Shown in pieces: positions 46,827 through 55,804 of a stretch of DNA of 64,000 nucleotides. The notes below the pieces were generated by a model. It saw only the letters and a list, made by a program, of their open reading frames with translations, was not told where the DNA came from and searched no databases. Position numbers and translations under genes: made by a program. The stretch is from IMG/VR virus record IMGVR_UViG_3300042204_000022; one strand, written 5' to 3'. Position 1 is the stretch's first letter. Every line of letters begins with the position of its first letter. The stretch is from a virus. Its lineage: Duplodnaviria > Heunggongvirae > Uroviricota > Caudoviricetes.

Positions 46827-46900
46827 TGGCAGGCCCCAAAAGATTTGAACTCTTACTAAGGGGTTTGGAATCCCTTGTGCTGCCATTACACTAGAGGCCT
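46827..46900 (-). tRNA. tRNA-Trp(CCA)
   Basis: anticodon loop TTCCAAA, T-loop AGTTCAAATCT. Confidence 0.6.
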
Positions 46901-47404
46901 AAAAGTGCTTAGTTTTGTTGATTTGTACTAAGCTTCACCGATTGGCGCTACCTGTCGCCATCAAATCGGGAACAAAATCCGGCAAGACCTTTCATCGGTA
47001 GCCTTGCATGAGCCTGACACTATGCTGTTTTCGCTTATTCAACACATAGCCGCGAACGTACTCGCAGAGGGCAGCGAAGCCCTATCGTACAACCAATATT
47101 CGTGGTTCAGTCTTTCAGCTAGACACGACGCATAGCTAGCTATAGCACTATACGCCTCTCAATTGGCTATCACCACTTATAGTATATGACCACGCGCCTC
47201 CCACAGTCGTGTTGGTTTCCCTCATACTCCTCTCTTTCGAGTGCTACCCTCATCACCGTGTTTTCGAGCTTTCGCATGTTCACAGCATGTTAGGGTAACT
47301 TTTAGCCTTGTCCGTCATTCTAATTGTTAAAGTAAAAGCACCAACCTTTGTGGGATTGGTGCCTTATATGTTTGTTTTACTTTGCTCTAACTATAGAGAA
47401 AACA

Positions 47405-47478
47405 TTAGACACCAATACCAAACTGATCTGGGCAATTCCAGAGCAATGAGGGCTGTAGATGACTAAATAAGTTACTCA
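47405..47478 (-). CDS. tiny leaderless ORF (24 aa) downstream of tRNA-array promoter
   Basis: ATG 7 nt after TATAAT; MSNLFSHLQPSLLWNCPDQFGIGV. Confidence 0.25.
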
Positions 47479-47479
47479 T

Positions 47480-47514
47480 ATCTCTATTATAGCACACATA
47501 AATATAAACGCAAG
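47480..47514 (-). promoter_or_regulatory. sigma70-like promoter with extended -10 (TTGCGT-N16-TGTGCTATAAT) feeding minus-strand tRNA array 1
   Basis: near-identical to promoter at 56720-56755. Confidence 0.55.
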
Positions 47515-47635
47515 CACTTTTTATAAAAATAAACAAAAACACCCCACTCGAATGGGGTGACAACCACTGCGTTATACCTGATACGGCGGTCAAGGCAACC
47601 GTCCTTCCCGTAACGAGGTGTGTGATTCTTCGTTA

Positions 47636-47671
47636 CTTCTTATTATAGGCGGTCAAAATGCTTATGTCAAT
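47636..47671 (-). promoter_or_regulatory. sigma70-like promoter (TTGACATAAGC-N-TATAAT)
   Basis: minus-strand TTGACATAAGCATTTTGACCGCCTATAAT. Confidence 0.5.
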
Positions 47672-47814
47672 AGTCTGGGGGAGGGTTTTCGGCGAAAAAC
47701 ATTTGTTACCCTCTAATTTGTGTGGTCTTACATCAGAATTGATGAACGAATTCTACCCATCAAATCAACTACCTACCGATACGCTTATGTTATCAAATTA
47801 AATCTATATGTCAA

Positions 47815-47901
47815 TGGTACCAGCTGGAGGATTCGAACCTTCCGAAGCCCGAAGGCGAGTGATTTACAGTCACTATGCTTTGACCGCTTGCATAAACTGG
47901 C
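47815..47901 (-). tRNA. tRNA-Tyr(GTA), long variable arm
   Basis: anticodon loop CTGTAAA, T-loop GGTTCGAATCC, CCA encoded. Confidence 0.6.
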
Positions 47902-47904
47902 TTA

Positions 47905-47979
47905 TGGTGACCCTAGCGGGATTCGAACCCGCGATCCGGGAGTGAAAGTCCCGTGACTTAACCGCTTGTCCATAGGGCC
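47905..47979 (-). tRNA. tRNA-Glu(TTC)
   Basis: anticodon loop CTTTCAC, T-loop GGGTTCGAATCCCGC. Confidence 0.65.
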
Positions 47980-48079
47980 ATGAAATTAAAAAACCGCCTC
48001 TCGGCGATCTACTTTGAGCATATACAAAGAGTGCCGAGTTATTCGGTTACACGTTCCTCGTATGAATATGTCTTGCTCA

Positions 48080-48116
48080 TACCCTTATTATAGCACATGA
48101 AAAAAATAAGCACAAT
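48080..48116 (-). promoter_or_regulatory. candidate promoter with extended -10 TGTGCTATAAT for tRNA-Glu/Tyr
   Basis: weak -35 TTGTGC. Confidence 0.35.
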
Positions 48117-48121
48117 AAGTA

Positions 48122-48157
48122 TTGACTTTATTTCCGCTTACGCCTATAATGAAAAGC
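48122..48157 (+). promoter_or_regulatory. sigma70-like promoter (TTGACT-N17-TATAAT)
   Basis: upstream of 48192. Confidence 0.6.
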
Positions 48158-48191
48158 ATAAGCAGTCCTAAACTTCAAGAAAGGAAGAAAC

Positions 48192-48407
48192 ATGAAAGAA
48201 ATTAAAGAGCTTATCGATGTCACCCTAGCTTGGGGTAGTGATATAGCGGATTTGTGGACAGGTACACAATTCGAAAAACAAATAGACTTGCAGCAAGCAC
48301 AAATAATAAAAGCAGCAGAAAAAGAAGACTGGAAGAAAGCCGAAAATCTCACCACAGACTTAGCACAATTTCTCTTCTACGCTGAAGAGGAGTACGCACG
48401 TGGCTAA
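48192..48407 (+). CDS. hypothetical protein
   Basis: ORF. Confidence 0.4.
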   Translation: MKEIKELIDVTLAWGSDIADLWTGTQFEKQIDLQQAQIIKAAEKEDWKKAENLTTDLAQFLFYAEEEYARG

Positions 48408-49473
48408 CACAACCAGTTATCATAGTAAATTAGTAGGAGTCAGCTTTGAGGGTCGTCAAGACGTTATTGCTGATATTAAGCAGTTAGTTGATGACGGTAA
48501 CGACATCGATCTTCGTTTTCGCCGTGAACCAGATAATGAATACGACAAAGACGCAGTGGCGATTGACGCTCTCATTCCCGGCGGTACTGTTGGCTTTGAT
48601 GACAACACTAGCGTAGATGTGTCTGAAGAATGGGTACAGGTAGGTTATATCGCCCGTGATAAGAACAGCGAGCTTGCAAGTGTGCTAGATGCGGGTAAGA
48701 AAGCAAGCATTAAACTGAGCGACATCACTGGTGGCGACGGTAAAAGCTATGGTGTCAACGTCTACATCGAATACGAGAAGAAACGTAAGACAGTTAGACC
48801 AGAAACAGCAGAGCTTGTCAAAGACATCTTCGGTAACGAAATCTTTTACGATGACGCAAGCCACCAATACACCAACGCATTAGGTGAAATTTACCTTTCG
48901 GGCAGTAAATATGCTGAACAATTCGAAAAACCATTCCCTAAAGAGCAGATTAGTAACGCCATGGCGAGAAAGAACGGTCTCGGTGATGGTGGCGCGAAAG
49001 AAATTCAAGAAATGTGGGAGCTAAAAGCACTTGCTTCAGCTTCATTCGGTACAGCGATTCACGCTGCACTAGAGCTTTACGGTCGTTTTAAGAAGCTTGC
49101 AGAGAGTGTAGGTAAAGAAACCCACCTTCACGACAATACGGTGCTAGGACAAGCTGTGACGAGCTTCTACGAAGAGCATCCAGACGTTACTAACGCTCGT
49201 TACGAGTGCTTGGTGGTTGACCACAACAAAAAGCGTGCTGGTCGCATTGACCGTATTGAAATTAACGAAGATAAGAGCGTGTATATCACCGACTTCAAGA
49301 CCAACTCAGATATTCAGAAGAGTCTCAGCAAGTATTGGCTACAGCTCAGTTTCTACGCTGCGATTCTGAAGGCGAACGGTGTTAAGGTTAAGGGTCTGAA
49401 GATTTACCACTACGCAGGTGACAAATGGAACACAATTCTCGGCGATGTAGTCGATATTGACAATGAAGCTTAA
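48400..49473 (+). CDS. HIRAN-domain / PD-(D/E)xK nuclease fusion protein
   Basis: N-terminal HIRAN-like LVGVSFEGRQ...LRFRREPDNEYDKDAV; C-terminal GRIDRIE...YITDFKT...QLSFYAA (D..D/ExK + QxxxY as in RecB/Cas4-family nucleases). Confidence 0.5.
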   Translation: MANTTSYHSKLVGVSFEGRQDVIADIKQLVDDGNDIDLRFRREPDNEYDKDAVAIDALIPGGTVGFDDNTSVDVSEEWVQVGYIARDKNSELASVLDAGKKASIKLSDITGGDGKSYGVNVYIEYEKKRKTVRPETAELVKDIFGNEIFYDDASHQYTNALGEIYLSGSKYAEQFEKPFPKEQISNAMARKNGLGDGGAKEIQEMWELKALASASFGTAIHAALELYGRFKKLAESVGKETHLHDNTVLGQAVTSFYEEHPDVTNARYECLVVDHNKKRAGRIDRIEINEDKSVYITDFKTNSDIQKSLSKYWLQLSFYAAILKANGVKVKGLKIYHYAGDKWNTILGDVVDIDNEA

Positions 49474-49491
49474 GCTTGATAGTATAAAACC

Positions 49492-49995
49492 ATGAGCAAT
49501 TACATTTTCGTAGACGTAGAAGCACGCGGGTCATCACCAGTAAACGGTACGATGACAGAATTTGGTGCAGTACATGGAACAAGCAAAGAAACATATCACG
49601 GTGTACTATTTGAGGGTTCACCAGACCCAGAAAACCCGGCTATTCCCGTAGTAGGTAAGCGTCTTCTATCAGACAAAGAGGTCGCTGAAGACTTTCTTAA
49701 CTGGTTGAGGCATGTTTGTAAGAATGACCGTCCCGTATTCGTGAGCGACAACGTAGCTTACGACTGGATGTGGATTGCTGGTATGTTTGATCGTGCAGGT
49801 ATCGATAACCCATTTGGTCATTCTGGTCGTCGCATTTCTGACTTTTGGGCTGGTCTTCAACATAATTTCGGCGAAACACAGTCGTGGAAGCGTTTTCGTA
49901 AGACTAAGCACGACCATAACCCTGTAAACGACGCTATGGGCAACGTAGAAGCATTCGAAGAGATTAAGAAGATAGCAAAGGAGTTAAGAAAATGA
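49492..49995 (+). CDS. DEDDh 3'-5' exonuclease (DnaQ-like)
   Basis: FVDVEARG (DxE), SDNVAYDWMW (D), HNPVNDAMG (H..D). Confidence 0.6.
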   Translation: MSNYIFVDVEARGSSPVNGTMTEFGAVHGTSKETYHGVLFEGSPDPENPAIPVVGKRLLSDKEVAEDFLNWLRHVCKNDRPVFVSDNVAYDWMWIAGMFDRAGIDNPFGHSGRRISDFWAGLQHNFGETQSWKRFRKTKHDHNPVNDAMGNVEAFEEIKKIAKELRK

Positions 49996-50095
49996 GACGC
50001 TTACTATGTTTCATAGGATTCCATTCGTATAGAGTGATTGGCATCATTACCACGCCGCTATTCAGCGAAGAAGGCCGTGCCACAGTGTGTAAAGT

Positions 50096-50449
50096 GTGCG
50101 GGAAAAGCAAGTGATTATGTCGAACTACATAGACGAAGTAAAAGAAGAGCTCGCTAAGCACATTAGGGTCGGCAAGGGGTTGATGAATGTCTACTCCCTG
50201 CTGGTGCTTGTGAAGGGTACAGATACCACCCTAGAAGACGTACACGACGCTTGGGCTGTCAATATTAACCAGTCGTGGGACAAAGAACAATACGGTGAAC
50301 ATTTCTCGATGGTGCCATTTAACGAATTAAAGAAGGAGACGCAAGACAAAGATCAGCATTTTGTAGACGGTATTCATAAAACAGCTCAGATACTTAAGGA
50401 GAGGGTATGGCAGTCAGAGATACAAGCAAGAGAGCATACGAAGAAGTAG
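50096..50449 (+). CDS. hypothetical protein
   Basis: ORF. Confidence 0.45.
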   Translation: MREKQVIMSNYIDEVKEELAKHIRVGKGLMNVYSLLVLVKGTDTTLEDVHDAWAVNINQSWDKEQYGEHFSMVPFNELKKETQDKDQHFVDGIHKTAQILKERVWQSEIQAREHTKK

Positions 50450-50682
50450 CCCCAGAGTTGGGCGACCGACAGAAAGTCGTGTTAGAGACCATTGGTCGTG
50501 CGAAGAGACCTGTTAATAATCAAGAGATAGCTAATTTTCTCGGAAAACCTATTAACACTATCACCCCAAGAACCAATGAACTCGTAGGACTAGAAAAGGT
50601 AGAGCTTGCGTTCAAAGCAGTCTATCCAGCAACAAAGAGAACGGTCTGTTACTGGAAAATAAAAGATGTGTCTATTGCATAA
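50407..50682 (+). CDS. winged-helix DNA-binding protein (MarR-like)
   Basis: VLETIGRAKRPVNNQEIANFLGKPINTITPRTNELV. Confidence 0.4.
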   Translation: MAVRDTSKRAYEEVAPELGDRQKVVLETIGRAKRPVNNQEIANFLGKPINTITPRTNELVGLEKVELAFKAVYPATKRTVCYWKIKDVSIA

Positions 50683-50772
50683 GTACCAATACATCGGGTA
50701 CGTGATGGTCACAAGGTGGCTAGGAGGTGTCGCAGGGGGAATACCCTATGAACACCTAGAAGAAGCAAAAAA

Positions 50773-51138
50773 ATGCAAAAAGTGCGGGAAGATAAAGGTA
50801 ATAGAATGAGATACGGAAAAATACAAGAAACCAATCAGTCAGCTGAAGACTTCAGAAAAGATACTGTTCTGTACGACATAGATCGTGGTCAGTTCGGTAA
50901 TGGTGGCTTCAGCAAGGAGATGGTTGAGTTTTTGAGAACTAATAAAGAAGAAATTCAGGATATATTCTGTGACAGCGATACGGTCTATATTCTACCAGCA
51001 TCAAAGCAGTTCGCAGCCGACTTATTTAATAAGTGTATCGGCGAAAAAGACAGCTATGACGATTATTCTGGTATTGCAGATGAAATCGACTGGCTAAAAC
51101 TCGGAAAGCGCTATTGGCTGCGTCTATGGTGGGACTAG
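50773..51138 (+). CDS. hypothetical protein
   Basis: ORF. Confidence 0.4.
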   Translation: MQKVREDKGNRMRYGKIQETNQSAEDFRKDTVLYDIDRGQFGNGGFSKEMVEFLRTNKEEIQDIFCDSDTVYILPASKQFAADLFNKCIGEKDSYDDYSGIADEIDWLKLGKRYWLRLWWD

Positions 51139-51626
51139 ACCAGTATGTCACAATCGCTACTGACGTAAGTTCTGACCACGAACACGGTATTACGACTTGG
51201 GCTTGCTATATACGACATGATGGAGGTGTAATAAAATATGTTGCACCATTCAAAGAACATTATGTCAATACAGCACTCGCCGAAACTTACGCCTTAGCGA
51301 ACGCATTAGTTCTTGCAGAAAAAAGCATCAAAGACTGGTCTCGTAGCAAAGTTATCATATATAACGAAGTTGCGATCGTACTAAGTCCTTGCAAAACAAA
51401 AGCGGGTAATATACGCAAAAGAGATGCCATAAGGTCAGAGCAAATCATGAAAATTTCTCTACCAATTCTGAACAGGGCGAAGAGCTATGAGCTGCGTGAC
51501 ATCAAAGCCCACTACAAACACTGGAGAACCGATGCAAACCCAGCCAAGTACGCAATTAACAGATGGTGCGATGTTGAATCAAGAACTTTACTGAGGTACT
51601 TGAGAAGACAGAAAAAACGCAAATAA
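51114..51626 (+). CDS. hypothetical protein
   Basis: ORF. Confidence 0.4.
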   Translation: MAASMVGLDQYVTIATDVSSDHEHGITTWACYIRHDGGVIKYVAPFKEHYVNTALAETYALANALVLAEKSIKDWSRSKVIIYNEVAIVLSPCKTKAGNIRKRDAIRSEQIMKISLPILNRAKSYELRDIKAHYKHWRTDANPAKYAINRWCDVESRTLLRYLRRQKKRK

Positions 51627-51692
51627 AGTGCTTGTGCTTATCGATTTTTTCAGCTATAATTAGATAAGAAAGAAATAATATAAGGAGAATCA

Positions 51693-52379
51693 ATGAGTCT
51701 ATCACAAGAAAGACCAACTAACCCAGCGACACGCTTTTTGAAAGTCAAGAGCGGTGCCGTAGTATATTACGATAAAGAAACCCAAGAGAATGTAACGGTA
51801 CCAACGCCATTTGAGTTCATCGTTCTCGATCAGCTTGCAACCATTCGTGGGTGGAGCGACGCAGACGGCTCAGGCTTCTGGAGCAATGAAGTTCGCAAGG
51901 TAGGTAGCGATACACTTACAGTTCGTACCTCAAAGGGTATCAAAGAATCTGGTATCTGGCGTGACATCAAGGGAAGTGCAGACCTTTCGGGTGCTAAGTA
52001 TAATGCAAGCATCTATGTAGCACATGCGTCTACAAACGGTCTCGCAATCGCAAACTTTGGTTTGTCAGGTGCAGCACTCAATGCGTGGATTGAATTCACA
52101 CAGAAGAACCGTGTTACAAACTCAAAGGTCGTCCTAAAAGAATGGGCTGACGCTAAGAAGGGTGCAGTATCTTACAAAGTGCCTGTATTCGAAGCAGTAC
52201 CATTGACCGATGCAGAAAAAGCCGAAGCAGTACAGCTCGACCAAGAGCTTCAGGCTTACTTCGCTGAATATTTTAGCTACACACCAGATAGCCACACAGA
52301 AGCTGTTGGCTTGACTCAAGACGTAGTTATTGACGACATCGATGACGGACCTATTGACCTAAGCGAGATTCCTTTCTAG
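51693..52379 (+). CDS. SSB-like protein with acidic C-terminal tail
   Basis: C-terminus VVIDDIDDGPIDLSEIPF resembles SSB DDDIPF protein-interaction tail. Confidence 0.4.
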   Translation: MSLSQERPTNPATRFLKVKSGAVVYYDKETQENVTVPTPFEFIVLDQLATIRGWSDADGSGFWSNEVRKVGSDTLTVRTSKGIKESGIWRDIKGSADLSGAKYNASIYVAHASTNGLAIANFGLSGAALNAWIEFTQKNRVTNSKVVLKEWADAKKGAVSYKVPVFEAVPLTDAEKAEAVQLDQELQAYFAEYFSYTPDSHTEAVGLTQDVVIDDIDDGPIDLSEIPF

Positions 52380-52507
52380 GAGAATCGTATGGCAGCTGGT
52401 CTATTGATCGTAGCTCTAGTTCTGGCGGTATGTACAGTGATCTTACTGGTTACCGTCAGGGCTGACATAAAAGAACAAAATAATAAAACTAAGAAGGGCA
52501 AGAAGTA

Positions 52508-53302
52508 ATGTATAGCGGTAACAACACTCGTAAGTATGTAGGTTTGATTCTCGCAGGTATTTTGGTACTTTTGGGCGTAATCACTCTATTCTCATCGATG
52601 CGTAGTGTAGACACTGGTCAAGTTGGTGTCGTAACACAGTATGGTCGTGTAACAGGTCGTGAACTGAGCGAAGGTTTCTCATGGGTTCTTCCTTGGGGAA
52701 TTAACAACGTCACAGTATATGATGTCAAAAATCAAAAAGAAGAAGTTCAAAGCAACGCTGCAACAAAAGACTTGCAGGACGTTGGCGGTACTCTCGTTAT
52801 CAACTACCAGTTGAATCGTGGCGAAGTATCAAAGATGCACAAAGAGGTTGGTAAAGAGTACAAAGATAAGCTCGTAACACCAGCTCTCAACGAAGTGTTC
52901 AAGGCGGCTACAGCCAAATACAACGCAAGTGAGCTAATCACCCAGCGTGCTGAAGTCAAGAACGACGTGTATGAAGGTCTTAAGTCTCGTCTAGAGAAGT
53001 ACGGCATTCAGGTACTCGATGTAAGCATCACAAACTTTAACTTCAGTAAAGAATTCAACGCAGCTATCGAAGCAGTTCAGATCGCAAATCAGAACGTAGC
53101 ACGTGCTCGTCAGGAACTTGAAACAGCTAAGGTTGAGGCAGAAAAGAAGGTCGCAGAAGCAGAGGGTGCAGCTGAAGCACAGCGTCTACAGCAGCAGACA
53201 TTGACCCAAGAACTGTTGACAAAGCAGTACCTCGAAAAGTGGGACGGTAAACTACCAACCTACGTAGGTAACGGCGCAAACTTCTACATGCCGGTAAAAT
53301 AA
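52508..53302 (+). CDS. SPFH/band-7 (prohibitin/HflK-like) membrane protein
   Basis: N-terminal TM; VDTGQVGVV...QVLDVSITNFNFSKEF...coiled coil. Confidence 0.7.
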   Translation: MYSGNNTRKYVGLILAGILVLLGVITLFSSMRSVDTGQVGVVTQYGRVTGRELSEGFSWVLPWGINNVTVYDVKNQKEEVQSNAATKDLQDVGGTLVINYQLNRGEVSKMHKEVGKEYKDKLVTPALNEVFKAATAKYNASELITQRAEVKNDVYEGLKSRLEKYGIQVLDVSITNFNFSKEFNAAIEAVQIANQNVARARQELETAKVEAEKKVAEAEGAAEAQRLQQQTLTQELLTKQYLEKWDGKLPTYVGNGANFYMPVK

Positions 53303-53304
53303 AC

Positions 53305-53673
53305 ATGAACATCGATACCGCAATCAGTGGTATGATGCAAGCAAGGGAGGCTCTTCAAGAAGCAGAGAGCCTCTCATCACCAACACACATCAGCGACAAC
53401 ATGTACCGTCTCGCACAATACGTCTCAGCGGTCGAAGAAGGTCTTGGTACACTAGAAGAAGACCTCGAAGTAAAAGAGTCAGTATTCTTCAAGGAAATGA
53501 CCGACGCTGGTAACTCGGTTAACGCAACTCAAGTGTCGATGAAATACGAGTTTGCAAAAGACAGGGCATACATAAACAAGATAACGAGACTCGTGTCAAG
53601 TAGCTGGAAGCTAATTAGTGCATCACAGTCACGCATAAAAAATCTCGTAGAAGAAAGCAAAAACCAAATATAA
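53305..53673 (+). CDS. hypothetical protein
   Basis: ORF. Confidence 0.45.
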   Translation: MNIDTAISGMMQAREALQEAESLSSPTHISDNMYRLAQYVSAVEEGLGTLEEDLEVKESVFFKEMTDAGNSVNATQVSMKYEFAKDRAYINKITRLVSSSWKLISASQSRIKNLVEESKNQI

Positions 53674-53675
53674 AA

Positions 53676-53703
53676 AAGCCCCAACTAAGGGGCTCTTTTT
53701 TTA
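53676..53703. terminator. bidirectional rho-independent terminator
   Basis: AAAAAAGCCCCAACTAAGGGGCTCTTTTTTT between convergent genes. Confidence 0.7.
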
Positions 53704-54048
53704 TTCCCAATCTTCGGGAAAACTATCCATCGTTGCGAGATCGTGCAGTGAAGCTCTCTCGAATGCTTCAACGTCTGATCTTGAAATTTCTGGTAGGTTA
53801 AGGTGTTGTGGGTATTCGTTCTCTTTCATATATTCTGAAAGCTCTTGATACCCGTTTACAAAGTTGAACACATAGAACGATTGCTGAACTTCGTTGTCTC
53901 TGACATCATAGCAGTAAACGTGGTTGTAAATAGCGAGTTTACCCATGAAGGTGTATAGCGACGCGGTGTCTCTTCTCGCTTCAAACGTCTCCCCATTAGG
54001 GAGAGTTAGCTTTGCAACTGGCTCACTCTCATTCATGTCTCTTTCCAT
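53701..54048 (-). CDS. hypothetical protein
   Basis: ORF. Confidence 0.45.
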   Translation of the reverse strand: MERDMNESEPVAKLTLPNGETFEARRDTASLYTFMGKLAIYNHVYCYDVRDNEVQQSFYVFNFVNGYQELSEYMKENEYPQHLNLPEISRSDVEAFERASLHDLATMDSFPEDWE

Positions 54049-55024
54049 CTAGATAGAATCCGTCTTCTTGGAACATCACCGGCTGTATGTGGTGGTTTGA
54101 ACCGTTATGATCTATCATTATTAGTCCTTGCTGCCAGTCTTCGGCTCTTTTAACCAGTACGCCTTGCGAATCAACAGTATGACGAAAACCAGGCACAGCC
54201 CCGTCAGTACGAGCCAGACAACCGGGAGAAGCAGCAGCAATAGTAAGTTGGCCAATCCTGCGAGGGAAAGTACGATAAGCAAGCTCCTGTCTGTGGGTGT
54301 GTCCGTAGAGAGTTGTTTCTCTTTCTTCTTTGAGGTATTTTGCGGCATTTGAGCCTCCCTTGGCTACATTAGTTCCGTGAATAGCCTTTAGGTTATCCTC
54401 TAGCCACAATGTGCCGTTAGGGTAGCCGTCTATGCTGTTTATTTCTAGGTCATCGTATCTCACGAGATACTGAAGTGTTAGAACCGCAAGTTCGTGTGCT
54501 GCGTTCGCACGTCTCAATCCCAGAACTTCAGCTGCATTTTTGCGGACATAATCGTCCATGCGTTGTTCGTGATTGCCGTGTACAACAGAGATATTAGCAT
54601 CAGGTGCATTAGCACGGGTTTGTGCTAAGAAGTTATGATATGTATCGATAGCTCCCTGTGTTGACCCAACCCACTCTGTTCTTTGTGCGAAACGTGACAT
54701 TGATGGTAGGTCAACCATGTCGCCGACAAAAACAATGTTGTCTGGCTGAGTTTCAACTACCGCCTTCTGAAACCTATCGAATGCTTCTTGGTCGTGAAAG
54801 GGGATTTGTGCATCACCAGCGACGAGAGTACGAGCATCCGATCTGAAAGCTTTGCCTCTTCTGGTTGGCGTTATTTTAGTTGGTGCTGCTCTACTGACTA
54901 CTAGATCGTGTATATCTACATCTTCTACTGTGTGGTCATAGCTGTGAAGGGTTGTATGAACCCACTCACCTTTTTCGCGGTCGAAGGCACCAGCCTCCCA
55001 TGATTTGGCAGGTTTCTGCTCCAT
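54029..55024 (-). CDS. calcineurin-like metallophosphoesterase
   Basis: GDMVD...GNHE...GHTH motifs. Confidence 0.6.
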   Translation of the reverse strand: MEQKPAKSWEAGAFDREKGEWVHTTLHSYDHTVEDVDIHDLVVSRAAPTKITPTRRGKAFRSDARTLVAGDAQIPFHDQEAFDRFQKAVVETQPDNIVFVGDMVDLPSMSRFAQRTEWVGSTQGAIDTYHNFLAQTRANAPDANISVVHGNHEQRMDDYVRKNAAEVLGLRRANAAHELAVLTLQYLVRYDDLEINSIDGYPNGTLWLEDNLKAIHGTNVAKGGSNAAKYLKEERETTLYGHTHRQELAYRTFPRRIGQLTIAAASPGCLARTDGAVPGFRHTVDSQGVLVKRAEDWQQGLIMIDHNGSNHHIQPVMFQEDGFYLDGKRHE

Positions 55025-55153
55025 ATATTTTCTCTCCGATTATTTGTTTTATATGCAGCATCTACCGTGCTTGTTTTGAACTGTGTTTTTTGTAAGGTTC
55101 TATACTCATTATAGCAAATTAAAAGACCCATCTCTGGGTCTGGGATTTTTCTA

Positions 55154-55229
55154 TGGAGGGCTCGGTGGGGATCGAACCCACGACTTTTCGGTTAAGAGCC
55201 GAATGCTCTGCCAGCTGAGCTACAAGCCC
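55154..55229 (-). tRNA. tRNA-Lys(CTT)
   Basis: anticodon loop CTCTTAA, T-loop GGGTTCGATCCCC. Confidence 0.65.
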
Positions 55230-55237
55230 ATAGTTTT

Positions 55238-55314
55238 TGGTGGAGTGACGGGGAGTCGAACCCCGCTCAGTCTGCTTGCAAAGCAGTCTCGCCTACCTCG
55301 GAACATGTCACCCC
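55238..55314 (-). tRNA. tRNA-Ala(TGC)
   Basis: anticodon loop TTTGCAA, T-loop GGTTCGACTCC. Confidence 0.65.
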
Positions 55315-55319
55315 GTGTA

Positions 55320-55396
55320 TGGTGCAGAGTCAGGGATTCGAACCCCGAACCTTCACGTTCGTAGCGTGATGCTCTATCCAGTTGAGCTAACCCTGC
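55320..55396 (-). tRNA. tRNA-Arg(ACG)
   Basis: anticodon loop CTACGAA, D arm GCTCAACTGGATAGAGC. Confidence 0.65.
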
Positions 55397-55399
55397 TTA

Positions 55400-55474
55400 T
55401 GGTTGCGGGCCAGGGAGTTGAACCCTGCTCTTAGGCTTATGAGACCTACCAGTTCACCGGAACTGTAACCCGCA
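55400..55474 (-). tRNA. tRNA-Met(CAT) (elongator/initiator/Ile2 not distinguished)
   Basis: anticodon loop CTCATAA, T-loop GGTTCAACTCC. Confidence 0.6.
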
Positions 55475-55500
55475 TTATGGGTACACTATTGCTACAATCA

Positions 55501-55571
55501 ACTCTTGGTTGGATTCGAACCAACGACCTACGGGTTTTCGACCCGTTGCTCTACCGCTGAGCTACAAATTC
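55501..55571 (-). pseudogene. chimeric tRNA-like element with non-complementary acceptor strands
   Basis: good D arm, anticodon arm (loop TCGAAAA, C33) and T arm GTTGGTTCGAATCCAAC but 5' GAATTTG vs 3' CAAGAGT do not pair. Confidence 0.4.
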
Positions 55572-55635
55572 TGACATAGTGTACGGTTCTGTAAAAGTAG
55601 GCGTGCACACCTACATGAACATACGAATTGTTAAA

Positions 55636-55712
55636 TGGTGGCTCCTCAAGGACTCGAACCTTGAACTTCTGGTATGTAACACCAGCGCTCTAACCAATTG
55701 AGCTAAGGAGCC
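55636..55712 (-). tRNA. tRNA-Val(TAC)
   Basis: anticodon loop GTTACAT, T-loop GGTTCGAGTCC. Confidence 0.6.
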
Positions 55713-55726
55713 ATGAGTTGTTATTT

Positions 55727-55800
55727 TGGTCGGCGTAGAAGGTAACGCTCCTTCGTCAACCGCGTATAAGACGGTCGCTCTACTTTTGAGCTATACGCCA
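55727..55800 (-). tRNA. tRNA-Ile(TAT)-like with non-canonical T-loop AGCGTTA
   Basis: acceptor TGGCGTA/TACGCCG, anticodon loop CTTATAC. Confidence 0.35.
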
Positions 55801-55804
55801 TTAT

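Noticed and set aside
47985-48010. Hairpin CCGCCTCTCGGCG with flanking A/T runs near the tRNA-Glu 5' end
   Set aside because: Read on the minus strand it would terminate transcription between the promoter and the tRNA genes. The stem is short, so it was not called a terminator.
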